DNA from: an uncultured delta proteobacterium
GTDB lineage: Bacteria > Desulfobacterota > Binatia > Binatales > Binataceae
Direction: 5' to 3'
NCBI GenBank assembly: GCA_963724765.1
Contig: CAVRVY010000002.1
Coordinates: 96,001-160,000 of the forward strand
Length of the DNA: 64,000 nt
In this document: positions 9,325 through 18,736 of the stretch, piece by piece
Layout of the letters: each line of letters opens with the position of its first letter
Numbering within the stretch: position 1 is the stretch's first letter
The notes under the pieces: model-generated
What the model was told of the DNA's origin: nothing
Databases searched by the model: none
The model's input: the letters and a program-made list of their open reading frames with translations, nothing else
Made by a program: the position numbers and the translations under genes

Positions 9325-9522
9325 ATGAAAATGGAAGCAGTGACGAAGATGTTCATCCGCGCACGCGAGTCCGTGGTTCGCAACACCCGTGGCCAGACCA
9401 TGACGGAATACGCGCTCATCCTGGCGGCCATCGCGGTCGTAGTTTACGGCACCTACCGTGCGCTGGGCAACAACATCGGTTCGCTCGCCAGTGGCGTCGA
9501 TTCCGCTCTGACCAACGCGTAA
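9325..9522 (+). CDS. flp: Flp family type IVb pilin (copy 3)
   Basis: RG|QTMTEYALILAAIAVVV; SD AAGGAG. Confidence 0.9.
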   Translation: MKMEAVTKMFIRARESVVRNTRGQTMTEYALILAAIAVVVYGTYRALGNNIGSLASGVDSALTNA

Positions 9523-9561
9523 GCGGTTTCGCGATCAGTAGACGATTCGGCATTTAGTGTG

Positions 9562-9592
9562 CCGGCGGCGGGGCGCAAGCCCCCGCCGCCGG
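9562..9592 (+). terminator. Stem-loop after flp3
   Basis: CCGGCGGCGGGG-cgcaagc-CCCCGCCGCCGG. Confidence 0.55.
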
Positions 9593-10058
9593 TCGAATTT
9601 CCTCCGCAGGTTCGCGAACTGCCGGGGCTCGGGGTGGTCGGCACTGTGGGGGTTCAGCCAGGAACGCGAGAGCATCGAGTGCCGAGGATAGCGGTTAGAG
9701 TCGTGCTCGGTTATGGGAGGTGGGTGCAGGGGGGGTCAATAGTTGCGTCCGGTTGCGTTGGATAGTGCCGGTGGCCGAGGGCCGTGGTACTGTCGACGTA
9801 GTCAGGGAGCAGAGTCGTGACGTGATTGGACAAGGCTAGACCTCTCCGATGATTTAAACTGAAACGCTCTTGCTTCAGGCTGTTCAACGCCATACTTTGT
9901 GAAGCAAAGAGGGGTCATTCGCGCGGCATAGCTCCCGACGAATCTCTGACGAAGATATCGCCGATGAAGCCTTCGTCAGCGACTTTCAACGGTGCGGTTA
10001 CCTATGAAGCCAATACTCTCATTGCGGTCGCGCGAAGAGCCCACTACCCGGTGATGCT

Positions 10059-10571
10059 ATGCGACGGGGCGGAAGAGTTTCTTTCGACGGTCAGGCGATG
10101 GTGGAGTTCGCGCTGGTGCGATTCGTGGCGATGATCGTGTTGTTCGTTGCGATCCAGATGGCATTCATCGGACAGACTGCGCTCGCGCTCGGACAGCCGA
10201 ATTACCAGGCCACTCGCTACGCCGCAGTCAACCCGACTTACGATTGCGATCAGGTCAAGTCGTATATGCAGGCCAATGGCGCTCCCACGCTTGTCAAAAC
10301 CGTCACCGAAATCAGCGGCCGCGGCGGCTGTTCCCTGCCTCCGACCATGACAGTAGGTTCAGGACCAAGCATGGGCGTGTTCTGCTCCGTCGCTAATACC
10401 ACCACACAGGATTCCTGCGCGTCACGCAGTTTAGGTGGCTCGGTGCAAGTCTCGCTTGCCTTTGACATGACGAGCAGGATCTTCCTGTTCAGAAATACGA
10501 CGAATCCAAATTTTCTCGGCATTCCGTTTCCCACAATGCTCACCAGCATGGAGACAGCCATGAGCAAATAA
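10059..10571 (+). CDS. tadE: TadE-like pseudopilin
   Basis: G|QAMVEFALV followed by a hydrophobic segment and ATRYAA. Confidence 0.75.
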   Translation: MRRGGRVSFDGQAMVEFALVRFVAMIVLFVAIQMAFIGQTALALGQPNYQATRYAAVNPTYDCDQVKSYMQANGAPTLVKTVTEISGRGGCSLPPTMTVGSGPSMGVFCSVANTTTQDSCASRSLGGSVQVSLAFDMTSRIFLFRNTTNPNFLGIPFPTMLTSMETAMSK

Positions 10572-10652
10572 GGGCGCGACGCCCCGCGCCGAGCGGTTCG
10601 GAGAAACTTGCGGCCCTTGGGCGGGCCGCTTTCATCAGGGGGGAGGGGTCAG

Positions 10653-11768
10653 ATGAGACGATCGTTGTTGTTCATGATGCTGGCCGGCGTCGCCGCGCTG
10701 GTCGCCGCGCTGGTCGTCTACTCGGCGCTTAAGAAGCGCGAGCGGGAAGTCCAGGAGGCGATGGCGCAGTCGGTCAATATCGTGGTCGCCACACATGACT
10801 TGCATATCGGTACACAGCTTGATCCGACCGCAGTCAAACTAGCGCGATGGTCGCGCGACAGCATGCCACCTGGCGCCTTCACCGACATCGCGGCGGTGAC
10901 CGGCAAGTACGTCAAGACACCATTTGTGGAAAACGAACCAATTGTCGGTGATCGCCTCTTCTCGGGGGTCAAGACCGCCGGCATGTTGCCGCTGTTGATT
11001 CCGGCCGGGATGCGCGCGATGTCGGTGCCGGTCGACGAGGTCAGCGATATTGCCGGCTTCGTCCTGCCCGGCGCTCACGTGGACATCCTGGTCTCGATCT
11101 CTGACAAGGCCACCGGAGGTGACCCGTTCTCTAAAATCGTCCTGCAAAACGTCGAAGTGATCGCCGTTGCCCAGGAAATCGAAGAAGCGAAGGACGAACC
11201 CAAGGTGGTCAAAGTCGTCACCGTGCTGTTGACCCCTGAGGAGGCCGAACGACTCTCGCTGGCCAGCCACGACGGAAGCCTGCGTCTGGCGCTGCGCAAC
11301 TATGATGACAAGAAGATAGTAATGACCAATGGCTCCAACATCGCCTCGATGCTGCGGGGCGGCGCGGCGGCTCCGCTGATCGAGCATCAGGCGGCTGCAC
11401 CGGTGCCGCGCATCATCGCTCGGTCACGGCCCAAGGCGGTACAGGTCGAGATCATGCGCGATGGTAAGAGCAGTGAATCGGTTTCTTTCGTCCACGGCCA
11501 GGGCGCGCGCAACACTGAAGGCCTGAACCAGGAGAATGTCGGCTCGGCTGGCGCGAGCTTCGAGATGGCGGGAATCGAAAATTTGACGCCTGCCCCTGTG
11601 ACGGCGCCGGCTGCCTCGGCGCCGCCGGCTGGGCGTGTTGCTTCGATGGCCACTAACGGTGGTCATGGGGTTCGCGCGGAAGCGTCGAGCGGGGTGGGTT
11701 TCTCGGGGGCTCCGGAGGCTAATCCGTTTTTCTCCGGACCGAACTCAAAGACTATCGACGTGCCGTAA
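10653..11768 (+). CDS. cpaB: Flp pilus assembly protein CpaB/RcpC
   Basis: N-terminal TM, SAF domain, GMRAMSVPV..VSDIAGFVLPGAHVDIL, LRLALRN. Confidence 0.92.
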   Translation: MRRSLLFMMLAGVAALVAALVVYSALKKREREVQEAMAQSVNIVVATHDLHIGTQLDPTAVKLARWSRDSMPPGAFTDIAAVTGKYVKTPFVENEPIVGDRLFSGVKTAGMLPLLIPAGMRAMSVPVDEVSDIAGFVLPGAHVDILVSISDKATGGDPFSKIVLQNVEVIAVAQEIEEAKDEPKVVKVVTVLLTPEEAERLSLASHDGSLRLALRNYDDKKIVMTNGSNIASMLRGGAAAPLIEHQAAAPVPRIIARSRPKAVQVEIMRDGKSSESVSFVHGQGARNTEGLNQENVGSAGASFEMAGIENLTPAPVTAPAASAPPAGRVASMATNGGHGVRAEASSGVGFSGAPEANPFFSGPNSKTIDVP

Positions 11769-11785
11769 TGGGGGGGAATGGGACG

Positions 11786-13879
11786 ATGGTCGAAGCGATA
11801 AGAAAAAAAATGCGCCGCGGCCGCAAACTGACGGCCGTGACCGTGGGAGCGTTTGGACTTTTAATATTGGCGAGGCTTCAGGTTGTGGCCTCGGAAACTC
11901 GCACTGTTCCGGTGACGATTAGCACCGGCGAGGCCTATACCATCCAGAACGTAAGCCTGGATTCGACGCCCGGCGTTAAAGTGGTTTCGAATCCGAGCGC
12001 GCTCGTGGTGCATACCGATGCTCCAGGAAAGATCGTGCTGCAGGGCGCCGCGGCTGGCAGTTGGGACATAAATGTCACTCTGGCCAGCGGCGAGAATGTC
12101 ACCTACGCGGTCGATGTGACGCCGGGTGGGAGCGCCAAGGGACCCGTGGCCTCGGCCACGAGCCCTTCCGGCGATCCTGCACCAGCCAGCGCGACGGTGT
12201 CGGCTACGGCGGCGTCCAAACCGGCCGATGCCGGCAGTGGTCCGGTTGATGAGGCTGCCGCCGCCTCTGTTGGCGCCGCAGCCGCCAGTGCCCCGTCCGC
12301 TCCGGCGATTGCGGCTGTGCCCGCATCGTCGGTTCCGGCTGCCGAACCTGTGAGGGTAGCCTCGGCGGACCCGGCAGGTCCGGTCGGTCCGGCAGGTCCG
12401 GTCGGTCCGGCAGGTCCGGTCGGTCCGGTCGGTCCGGCAACTGCGTCCGCGCCGCCGCCTGCCGTTCTTCCACTGGTGACTGCGCCGGCAGTGGCTGCGG
12501 CTCCCGCGGCCGCGCCATCGAAGGTATTGGCGCAGGAGTCAACTCCTGAGTCGTCGACGTCGATACCAAACTCGATGACGCCGGTTGTCGCTCCCAACTC
12601 ACCCACCGGCGACAACGGGATGTTGCCGTCACAGCCTGCCGCGGCTGGGGCGCTGCCGCCCACGCAGAGCTTCAATACCGATCCGATGGCGGTCATCCCG
12701 TCCGGGCCGCCGCCGCTTGGCGAGAAACATTTCATGCCGGGCGATGGCGTCGACCTGATGACCAGTACTTCTGAGGTTCTCGATTATCCTACTCGCATCC
12801 GGCGAGTCTCGATCGCGGATAGCAAGGTCGCCGATATACAGGTGATAAATCCGTACGAGCTCAACCTGGTGGCCCATCAGCCGGGCTTTACCACACTGGC
12901 CGTGTGGGACACGCAAGGACGCTACTCGGAACGGGAGATCAGAGTCGACGAGAGCGGCAAGCAGCAGGTGCTGCTCAACGTAATCGTGGCTGAACTCGAC
13001 CGCTCAAGGATGGAGAACCAAGGCATCAACTGGTCGGTGGCTCTGCCGAAATGGAACATTTCGCTGGTTAATATGGCCGGCGGCGTGGCCACGCCTTACA
13101 ATGCAACGTCCGCTCTGACCGCCAGCACTATCGTTCAATCGAATCCTCCGGTGACGTCGTCCACCACTGCGGCAGGCACCTTGCCCGCCAACGGCACTCT
13201 CATTCCGTTGCTGTTGTCCCAGAATCTGACGTACGGCTTGGCCGCGGGCAACAACAATATTCAGACCCAGAGTTTCTTCCAGTTCTTGGAAGAAAACAGT
13301 ATGGGTAAGATATTGGCCGAGCCGCATCTGCTGGCCAATTCAGGCGAGAAGGCCGAATTTCTCTCTGGTGGCGAGATCCCGATCGTGATTTCGCAGGCAT
13401 TAAATACTTCGATCACCTTTAAACAGTTCGGCACCTCGGTTATCTTTGTTCCGACTGTTATTGGTTTCGACGATATCTTGTTGAAAGTGAAGCCCGAGGT
13501 CTCGGAACCCAACTTCGCTGAAGGCGTGAATCTGTTTGGGTTCACCGTGCCAGCCTTCGTAACGCGAAAGGCCGAGACGGTGGTGCGCCTGAAGAACAAT
13601 CAGACATTGATTGTAGCCGGCCTCCTGCTCAACACCAAGAATGAGACGGTGGCCAAGGTGCCTTACCTGGGCGACATTCCGTACGTGCGTGGACTGTTTC
13701 GCAACACCAGCTATACCAATACGCAAACTGATCTCGTGATGACTGTGACGCCGCAGATCGTGGCGCCGCTGCCGTCCAATGGCCGGGTCGCGCTGCCGAC
13801 CGATCGCGGACCGATGAGTTACAGCGAAATCAAGACCAGGAGGGTTGATCCCGAAGACGCCGGACGTCCCCGCTTCTAA
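11786..13879 (+). CDS. cpaC: Flp pilus secretin CpaC/RcpA with long Ala/Pro-rich linker
   Basis: LAEPHLLANSGEKAEFLSGGEIP, KVPYLGDIPYVRGLFRN, VTPQIV; start 11768 or 11786. Confidence 0.9.
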   Translation: MVEAIRKKMRRGRKLTAVTVGAFGLLILARLQVVASETRTVPVTISTGEAYTIQNVSLDSTPGVKVVSNPSALVVHTDAPGKIVLQGAAAGSWDINVTLASGENVTYAVDVTPGGSAKGPVASATSPSGDPAPASATVSATAASKPADAGSGPVDEAAAASVGAAAASAPSAPAIAAVPASSVPAAEPVRVASADPAGPVGPAGPVGPAGPVGPVGPATASAPPPAVLPLVTAPAVAAAPAAAPSKVLAQESTPESSTSIPNSMTPVVAPNSPTGDNGMLPSQPAAAGALPPTQSFNTDPMAVIPSGPPPLGEKHFMPGDGVDLMTSTSEVLDYPTRIRRVSIADSKVADIQVINPYELNLVAHQPGFTTLAVWDTQGRYSEREIRVDESGKQQVLLNVIVAELDRSRMENQGINWSVALPKWNISLVNMAGGVATPYNATSALTASTIVQSNPPVTSSTTAAGTLPANGTLIPLLLSQNLTYGLAAGNNNIQTQSFFQFLEENSMGKILAEPHLLANSGEKAEFLSGGEIPIVISQALNTSITFKQFGTSVIFVPTVIGFDDILLKVKPEVSEPNFAEGVNLFGFTVPAFVTRKAETVVRLKNNQTLIVAGLLLNTKNETVAKVPYLGDIPYVRGLFRNTSYTNTQTDLVMTVTPQIVAPLPSNGRVALPTDRGPMSYSEIKTRRVDPEDAGRPRF
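12371..12439 (+). repeat. 9/18-bp tandem repeat encoding (Gly-Pro-Val/Ala)7
   Basis: GGTCCGGTC / GGTCCGGCA units in frame within cpaC. Confidence 0.9.
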
Positions 13880-13912
13880 CGACGGGGTACGCGTGCGGCC
13901 GGAAAGAATCCT

Positions 13913-15139
13913 GTGGCAGTGCTAGGCAGAAAGAGTGACGGGCGGAAAGGTGCGCTCAGGGTTCTACTGGTCGGAGAAGACGAGGGGCGGCGTACCGAGA
14001 TCAAAGCTGCGCTCGAGAATCTCGGCGATCCGCCCCTCGAGATTGTTGCGGTAACGCCGCAGATCGGCGCCCAGGAGAGCAGCAATGGAGTGGCGTCGCC
14101 TGACGTCACGATGGTGGTGTTCAACGGCAACGAAGAAGCGTCGCTGGATTACCTCCAGAAGCAGGCTGAACGCTCGCCTCGCCCCGCCCTGTTTGCGTTG
14201 GTGCGCGAGCGTTCACCGGGACTGATGCGGCAAATCCTGCGCGCCGGAGCCGACGAACTGCTGTTCCTGCCGCTTGATCCCGGCGATGCCACGCGCGCCC
14301 TGCTCAAGGTCAGCGAATCGCATCGGCGCGAGGAGAAAGAGCAGGGCGGCGTCATCTGCTCAGTAGTCAGCACGGTAGGCGGGGTCGGGGTCTCGAGTCT
14401 CGCCGCCAACCTCGCCTTGGCGCTGCGCTACACGTTGAGCAAGCGGGTGGCGCTGGTCGATCTCGATCTGCAGTCGGGCGGTCTCGCGGTGGCGCTCAAC
14501 CTGGAGCCCGAGCGCACTATCATGGCGCTGGCCGAGCAGGACAAGAAGCTCGACTCCATTCAGCTCGAATCAGCGCTGAGCAAGCATCCTTCCGGGATCT
14601 ATCTGCTCGCTGCGCCAAAGCGCATCGAGGACAGCGAACTGGTCTCGGACGTCACCTTGGGCGCGGCGCTGGACCTGATGCGGCGGCTGTTCGACTTCGT
14701 GGTGGTCGATTGCGGCGGCTACATCAATGAAAACGTGGTGGCGGTGTGGGAGCGTTCGGATCATCTGTTTTACGTGCTCGACCAGTCGATTGGGGCGGCG
14801 CGGTGTTGCTGGCGGTTTATCGAACTGTTCGGACGCCTGGGGCTCAGTGGCGTGCAACCGCACTTCATTCTGAGCCGTTATGTATCGCATCACCCCATTA
14901 GCGAGGAGCAAATCGTCAACACTTTGGGCCGGCCGATTTACGCCAAGATCCCGCGCGACGAAAAAGCACTCGAGAAGGTACAGCTACTGGCCAAGGATCT
15001 GTGGCAGTGCGCGGGAAACTCGGCCCTGACCCGGGCCTACGAGGACCTTGCCCGCCGGCTGGGAGCCGGTAACGAGGAGTCCGAGGAGGCGCCGGGGCTG
15101 ATGTCGCGCTTGCGCGGAGTGTTCGGCAATCGCTCCTGA
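13913..15139 (+). CDS. cpaE: Pilus assembly protein CpaE/TadZ (receiver-like plus MinD-like ATPase)
   Basis: GGVGVSSLAANLA, VALVDLDLQSG, FDFVVVD; tad context. Confidence 0.88.
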   Translation: MAVLGRKSDGRKGALRVLLVGEDEGRRTEIKAALENLGDPPLEIVAVTPQIGAQESSNGVASPDVTMVVFNGNEEASLDYLQKQAERSPRPALFALVRERSPGLMRQILRAGADELLFLPLDPGDATRALLKVSESHRREEKEQGGVICSVVSTVGGVGVSSLAANLALALRYTLSKRVALVDLDLQSGGLAVALNLEPERTIMALAEQDKKLDSIQLESALSKHPSGIYLLAAPKRIEDSELVSDVTLGAALDLMRRLFDFVVVDCGGYINENVVAVWERSDHLFYVLDQSIGAARCCWRFIELFGRLGLSGVQPHFILSRYVSHHPISEEQIVNTLGRPIYAKIPRDEKALEKVQLLAKDLWQCAGNSALTRAYEDLARRLGAGNEESEEAPGLMSRLRGVFGNRS

Positions 15140-15153
15140 AGGTTGGTTAATCT

Positions 15154-16500
15154 ATGAAACTGGTCGAACGGATATCCCAGAAAGAAGGCACCACGCCTCA
15201 GCAGCAACAGCGCTCGATGATTGGCGGGCAGAATGCCAAGCGCGAGCGCAGCGCGATGGCCGATGGCTTCCAGCAGCTCAAGCTCGCGGTGCACAATCGG
15301 TTGTTCGAGACCCTAGACGTCTCGCGCCTGGAGAGTCTGGAGGCCAACATGGCCTCGCAGAAGGTTACCACCGCGATAAGCGAGATCCTGGACGAAGAGG
15401 GCCGGCTACTCACCGACGCCGACCGTGCGCGGTTGATCGAAGAGATCAAAAACGAGCTGCTCGGCCTGGGCCCGCTGGAGCCCCTGCTGTGGGACGACGA
15501 GATAACCGACATCCTGGTCAACGGGCCCTCGCAGGTCTATGTCGAGCGCGGCGGCAAGCTCTACCTGACCGATGTGAGCTTCCAGGACGATCAGCATTTG
15601 ATGCTGATCATCGACCGCATCGTCTCGCAGGTCGGCCGGCGGGTCGACGAAGCCTCGCCGATGGTCGACGCGCGTCTGCCCGACGGCTCGCGTATCAACG
15701 CGATCATTCCGCCGCTGGCGCTTGATGGTCCCGCGCTCTCGATCCGGCGTTTCGGCAAGCGGCGCTACTCGGTCGACGACCTGGTCGCCAAAGACAGCAT
15801 CACACCCGACATGGTCGAGTTCATACGCGCGATCATCCGCGCCCGCCTCAACGTGCTGGTCTGCGGCGGTACCGGCTCGGGGAAGACCACCATGCTCAAC
15901 TGTATCTCGGCCTTCATTCCGGTCGACGAGCGCGTGGTGACGATCGAAGACTCGGCCGAATTGGTGTTGCAGCAGCCGCACGTGGTGCGGCTGGAGACAC
16001 GCCCGCCCAACGTCGAAGGCAAGGGCGAAGTCACCGCGCGCGAGCTGGTGCGCAACACGCTGCGTATGCGGCCCGACCGAATCATCGTCGGTGAGGTCCG
16101 CGGCAGCGAAGTCTTCGACATGTTGCAGGCTATGTCGACTGGCCACGACGGCTCGCTCTGTACCATCCACGCCAACACTCCGCGCGACAGCATGGGCCGG
16201 CTCGAGATGATGATGCTGCTGGCGGGCTGGTCGATTCCGCAGCGCGCGATGCGTCAGCAGATTGCCTCGGCGCTCAACGTCATCGTGCACGTCTCGCGCC
16301 TGTCCGACGGCACACGCAAAGTGATGAGAATTTCCGAGCTGGTGGGGATGGAAGGCGACATGATCATGATGCAGGACCTCTACGAATTCCATCGCACCGG
16401 GGTCAACGCGCAGGGCAAGGTGCTCGGGCAATATCGCAAAACTGGCATCCGTTCGGCTTATAAAGAACGCATCGAAGCCTACGGTTACAACATGGATTGA
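15154..16500 (+). CDS. cpaF: Pilus assembly ATPase CpaF/TadA
   Basis: [33 protein letters not shown]. Confidence 0.96.
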   Translation: MKLVERISQKEGTTPQQQQRSMIGGQNAKRERSAMADGFQQLKLAVHNRLFETLDVSRLESLEANMASQKVTTAISEILDEEGRLLTDADRARLIEEIKNELLGLGPLEPLLWDDEITDILVNGPSQVYVERGGKLYLTDVSFQDDQHLMLIIDRIVSQVGRRVDEASPMVDARLPDGSRINAIIPPLALDGPALSIRRFGKRRYSVDDLVAKDSITPDMVEFIRAIIRARLNVLVCGGTGSGKTTMLNCISAFIPVDERVVTIEDSAELVLQQPHVVRLETRPPNVEGKGEVTARELVRNTLRMRPDRIIVGEVRGSEVFDMLQAMSTGHDGSLCTIHANTPRDSMGRLEMMMLLAGWSIPQRAMRQQIASALNVIVHVSRLSDGTRKVMRISELVGMEGDMIMMQDLYEFHRTGVNAQGKVLGQYRKTGIRSAYKERIEAYGYNMD

Positions 16501-16517
16501 TGATCCCCGGGGGGACG

Positions 16518-17468
16518 ATGACTGCAATAGCCGCAACCGCTGTCTTTGCGTTCGTGTTCATCCTGCTGCTGGTCGGGCTGACCTACTTCACCCAGTCGGC
16601 CGAGCAGAATCGCCAGGTGCTGCGGCGCATGAGCCGCCCGATGGGCGACGTCGAAGACATCGACATCACGCGCAAGCGCAAGCCTACCGAACATTCGGTC
16701 TTCAGCGCGTTGACTGAATTCAACCTGCTGCGCTCGCTCGAAGAATTGATGTGGCAGGCGGGACTGTACATGCGGGTCTCCGAGATGGTGCTCATCATGG
16801 TGCTGCTGTTCGCCGCCGGCGCGCTGCTCGGGGAACTGTTCTGGAAGGGCACGTTCTTCGCGGCCGCCACCGGCCTCGCGCTCGGCGTGCTGCCGATCAT
16901 GTATATCCGCTTCCGCCGCACGCGGCGTATCAGGGCCTTCGTTGCTCAGCTGCCGTTTGCGCTGGACCTGATGAAATCGTCGCTCGAGGCCGGCCATTCG
17001 CTCAACCGCGGACTGCAGGTCGTGGTGCAGGAGTTTGCCGACCCGCTGGGCGGCGAATTTCGCACCGTGCTCGAGCAGACCCGAATCGGCTTGCCGCTGC
17101 CGCGGGCGCTCGAAGACATGCTCAAGCGCGTGCCCGAGGAGGACCTTCGACTGCTGGTGGTCGCGGTCAAAGTACAGTCCGAAGTCGGCAGCAGCCTGGC
17201 ATTGATCGTGGGCCGGCTGGCCGAAATCGTGCGTACCCGCCAGCGGCTGCGTCTGCAGATCAACGCGCTGACGGCGCAGTCTCGCATGGGCGGCATGATC
17301 GTTGGGGCGTTGCCAATAGTCGTGCTTGGCCTGTTCAGCCTCCTCAACCGCGATTACGCCAACGAGCTGTTTTTCGACCCGACGGGTATCAAGATTCTTA
17401 AGATAGCGGCCGGCCTCGATGTCTGCGCCTTCATCACCATTCGCCGTCTGCTGCGGATGGATTTCTGA
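16518..17468 (+). CDS. tadB: TadB inner-membrane platform protein
   Basis: T2SSF-like QLPFALDLM..SLEAGHSL, ALTAQSRM. Confidence 0.9.
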   Translation: MTAIAATAVFAFVFILLLVGLTYFTQSAEQNRQVLRRMSRPMGDVEDIDITRKRKPTEHSVFSALTEFNLLRSLEELMWQAGLYMRVSEMVLIMVLLFAAGALLGELFWKGTFFAAATGLALGVLPIMYIRFRRTRRIRAFVAQLPFALDLMKSSLEAGHSLNRGLQVVVQEFADPLGGEFRTVLEQTRIGLPLPRALEDMLKRVPEEDLRLLVVAVKVQSEVGSSLALIVGRLAEIVRTRQRLRLQINALTAQSRMGGMIVGALPIVVLGLFSLLNRDYANELFFDPTGIKILKIAAGLDVCAFITIRRLLRMDF

Positions 17469-17494
17469 AAGCTTTGGCGGCGTAGGATATTTAT

Positions 17495-18430
17495 ATGACC
17501 CCACTGTTGGTGAGTATCATCGTTCTCTGCATGGCGGGCGTGATTGGAACCGCAATTTATCACGCGCTCTACGGCAGCCATCGCGCACTCGAGGAGCGCT
17601 TCGCCGACCTCGCGCTCAAGGTTCGCGCCTCACAGGGCGTCTTCGAGGACAGCGAGGAAGAGCTCCGCGGGTTTTCACGGCTTTTCCTGCAATGGGCGGC
17701 CAAACGCGTGCCTGTCCCGAAGCCCGACACCCCAGAGGGTGAGAAGTTGGCCCGCACACTGATCCAGGCCGGCTATCTGAAATCCACCATGCCGCAGATT
17801 TTTCAGGTCTTCCGGTTTGGAATGGGCCTGCTCGGCGTCCTGCTCGGCGTGTTGATCGGGTTTGTGCTTGGTAACTCCGGTTCAATGATGCTCTTCGGAA
17901 TCGCCGGCTTCGGTATCGGGATTTTCGTGCCGAGCTATTACGTAGGCCGGCGCGCCCGCAAACGCCAAAACGCGATCGCGCGGCAGCTTTCAGATGTGCT
18001 CGACCTGTTGGTCGTTTGCGTCGAGGCAGGCTTGGGTCTGTTCGAGGCGATCAAGATCGTCGGTACCGAGAGCGAGCGGCAGAAGCAGGAGATCGGACGC
18101 GAATTGGCGCTGGTGACCTCTGAAATTTCGGCCGGCGCCACCTTGGGGCAGGCGCTGCGCAACCTGGCCGAGCGCACGGCGGTCGAGGATATAAAGCCGC
18201 TCGCTGCGACCCTGATCCAGAGCGAACAGCTCGGCGCGCAGATTGCGCCGGCGCTCCACGCCAGCTCCGATGCGCTGCGCACGCGCCGTCGGCTGCGCGC
18301 GGAAGAAGCTGCACAGCGGACGACGATCAAGATTCTGTTTCCGTTGGTGCTGTTCGTGCTGCCCGCGATGTTGCTGGTGATCGTCGGCCCCGCAATCATC
18401 CAGATTCTGCACACGCTGGCTGGTAGCTGA
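17495..18430 (+). CDS. tadC: TadC inner-membrane platform protein
   Basis: LDLLVVCVEAGLG, AEEAAQ..TIKILFPLVLFVLP. Confidence 0.92.
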   Translation: MTPLLVSIIVLCMAGVIGTAIYHALYGSHRALEERFADLALKVRASQGVFEDSEEELRGFSRLFLQWAAKRVPVPKPDTPEGEKLARTLIQAGYLKSTMPQIFQVFRFGMGLLGVLLGVLIGFVLGNSGSMMLFGIAGFGIGIFVPSYYVGRRARKRQNAIARQLSDVLDLLVVCVEAGLGLFEAIKIVGTESERQKQEIGRELALVTSEISAGATLGQALRNLAERTAVEDIKPLAATLIQSEQLGAQIAPALHASSDALRTRRRLRAEEAAQRTTIKILFPLVLFVLPAMLLVIVGPAIIQILHTLAGS

Positions 18431-18465
18431 ACAGCCGACCGGTAGCGCGCCGCTTAGGTTTGAGA

Positions 18466-18509
18466 CTGCGGGCCGTGCGTCCCTTGGGGATGCACGGCCC
18501 GCAGCCTTT
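18466..18509 (+). terminator. Strong stem-loop after tadC
   Basis: CTGCGGGCCGTGCGTCCC-ttg-GGGATGCACGGCCCGCAG then CCTTT. Confidence 0.65.
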
Positions 18510-18736
18510 GGTGCGCGCGCAGCGGACGCCCCAGCGCGCGCATGTGCCGCGCCCGCGTGCCTGCATACACCTGCCGCGCGTGAATGGCCGGCCGTACCAG
18601 CGGCGGGTCGGACGCCGTTGATACGGCCGCCCTCAGGCGTGTCAGCTTTGCAAAGCAGCGCCACGGCCGGCACGCTCAGGGCGCGCCGGCCGTGGCGCCG
18701 CGATAATCTATGTTTTGAGTGCCGGGATCGCGGGCG

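Noticed and set aside
9946-9979. Hammerhead-like CTGACGA within hairpin CTGACGAAG/CTTCGTCAG
   Set aside because: No GAAA core or three-stem junction.
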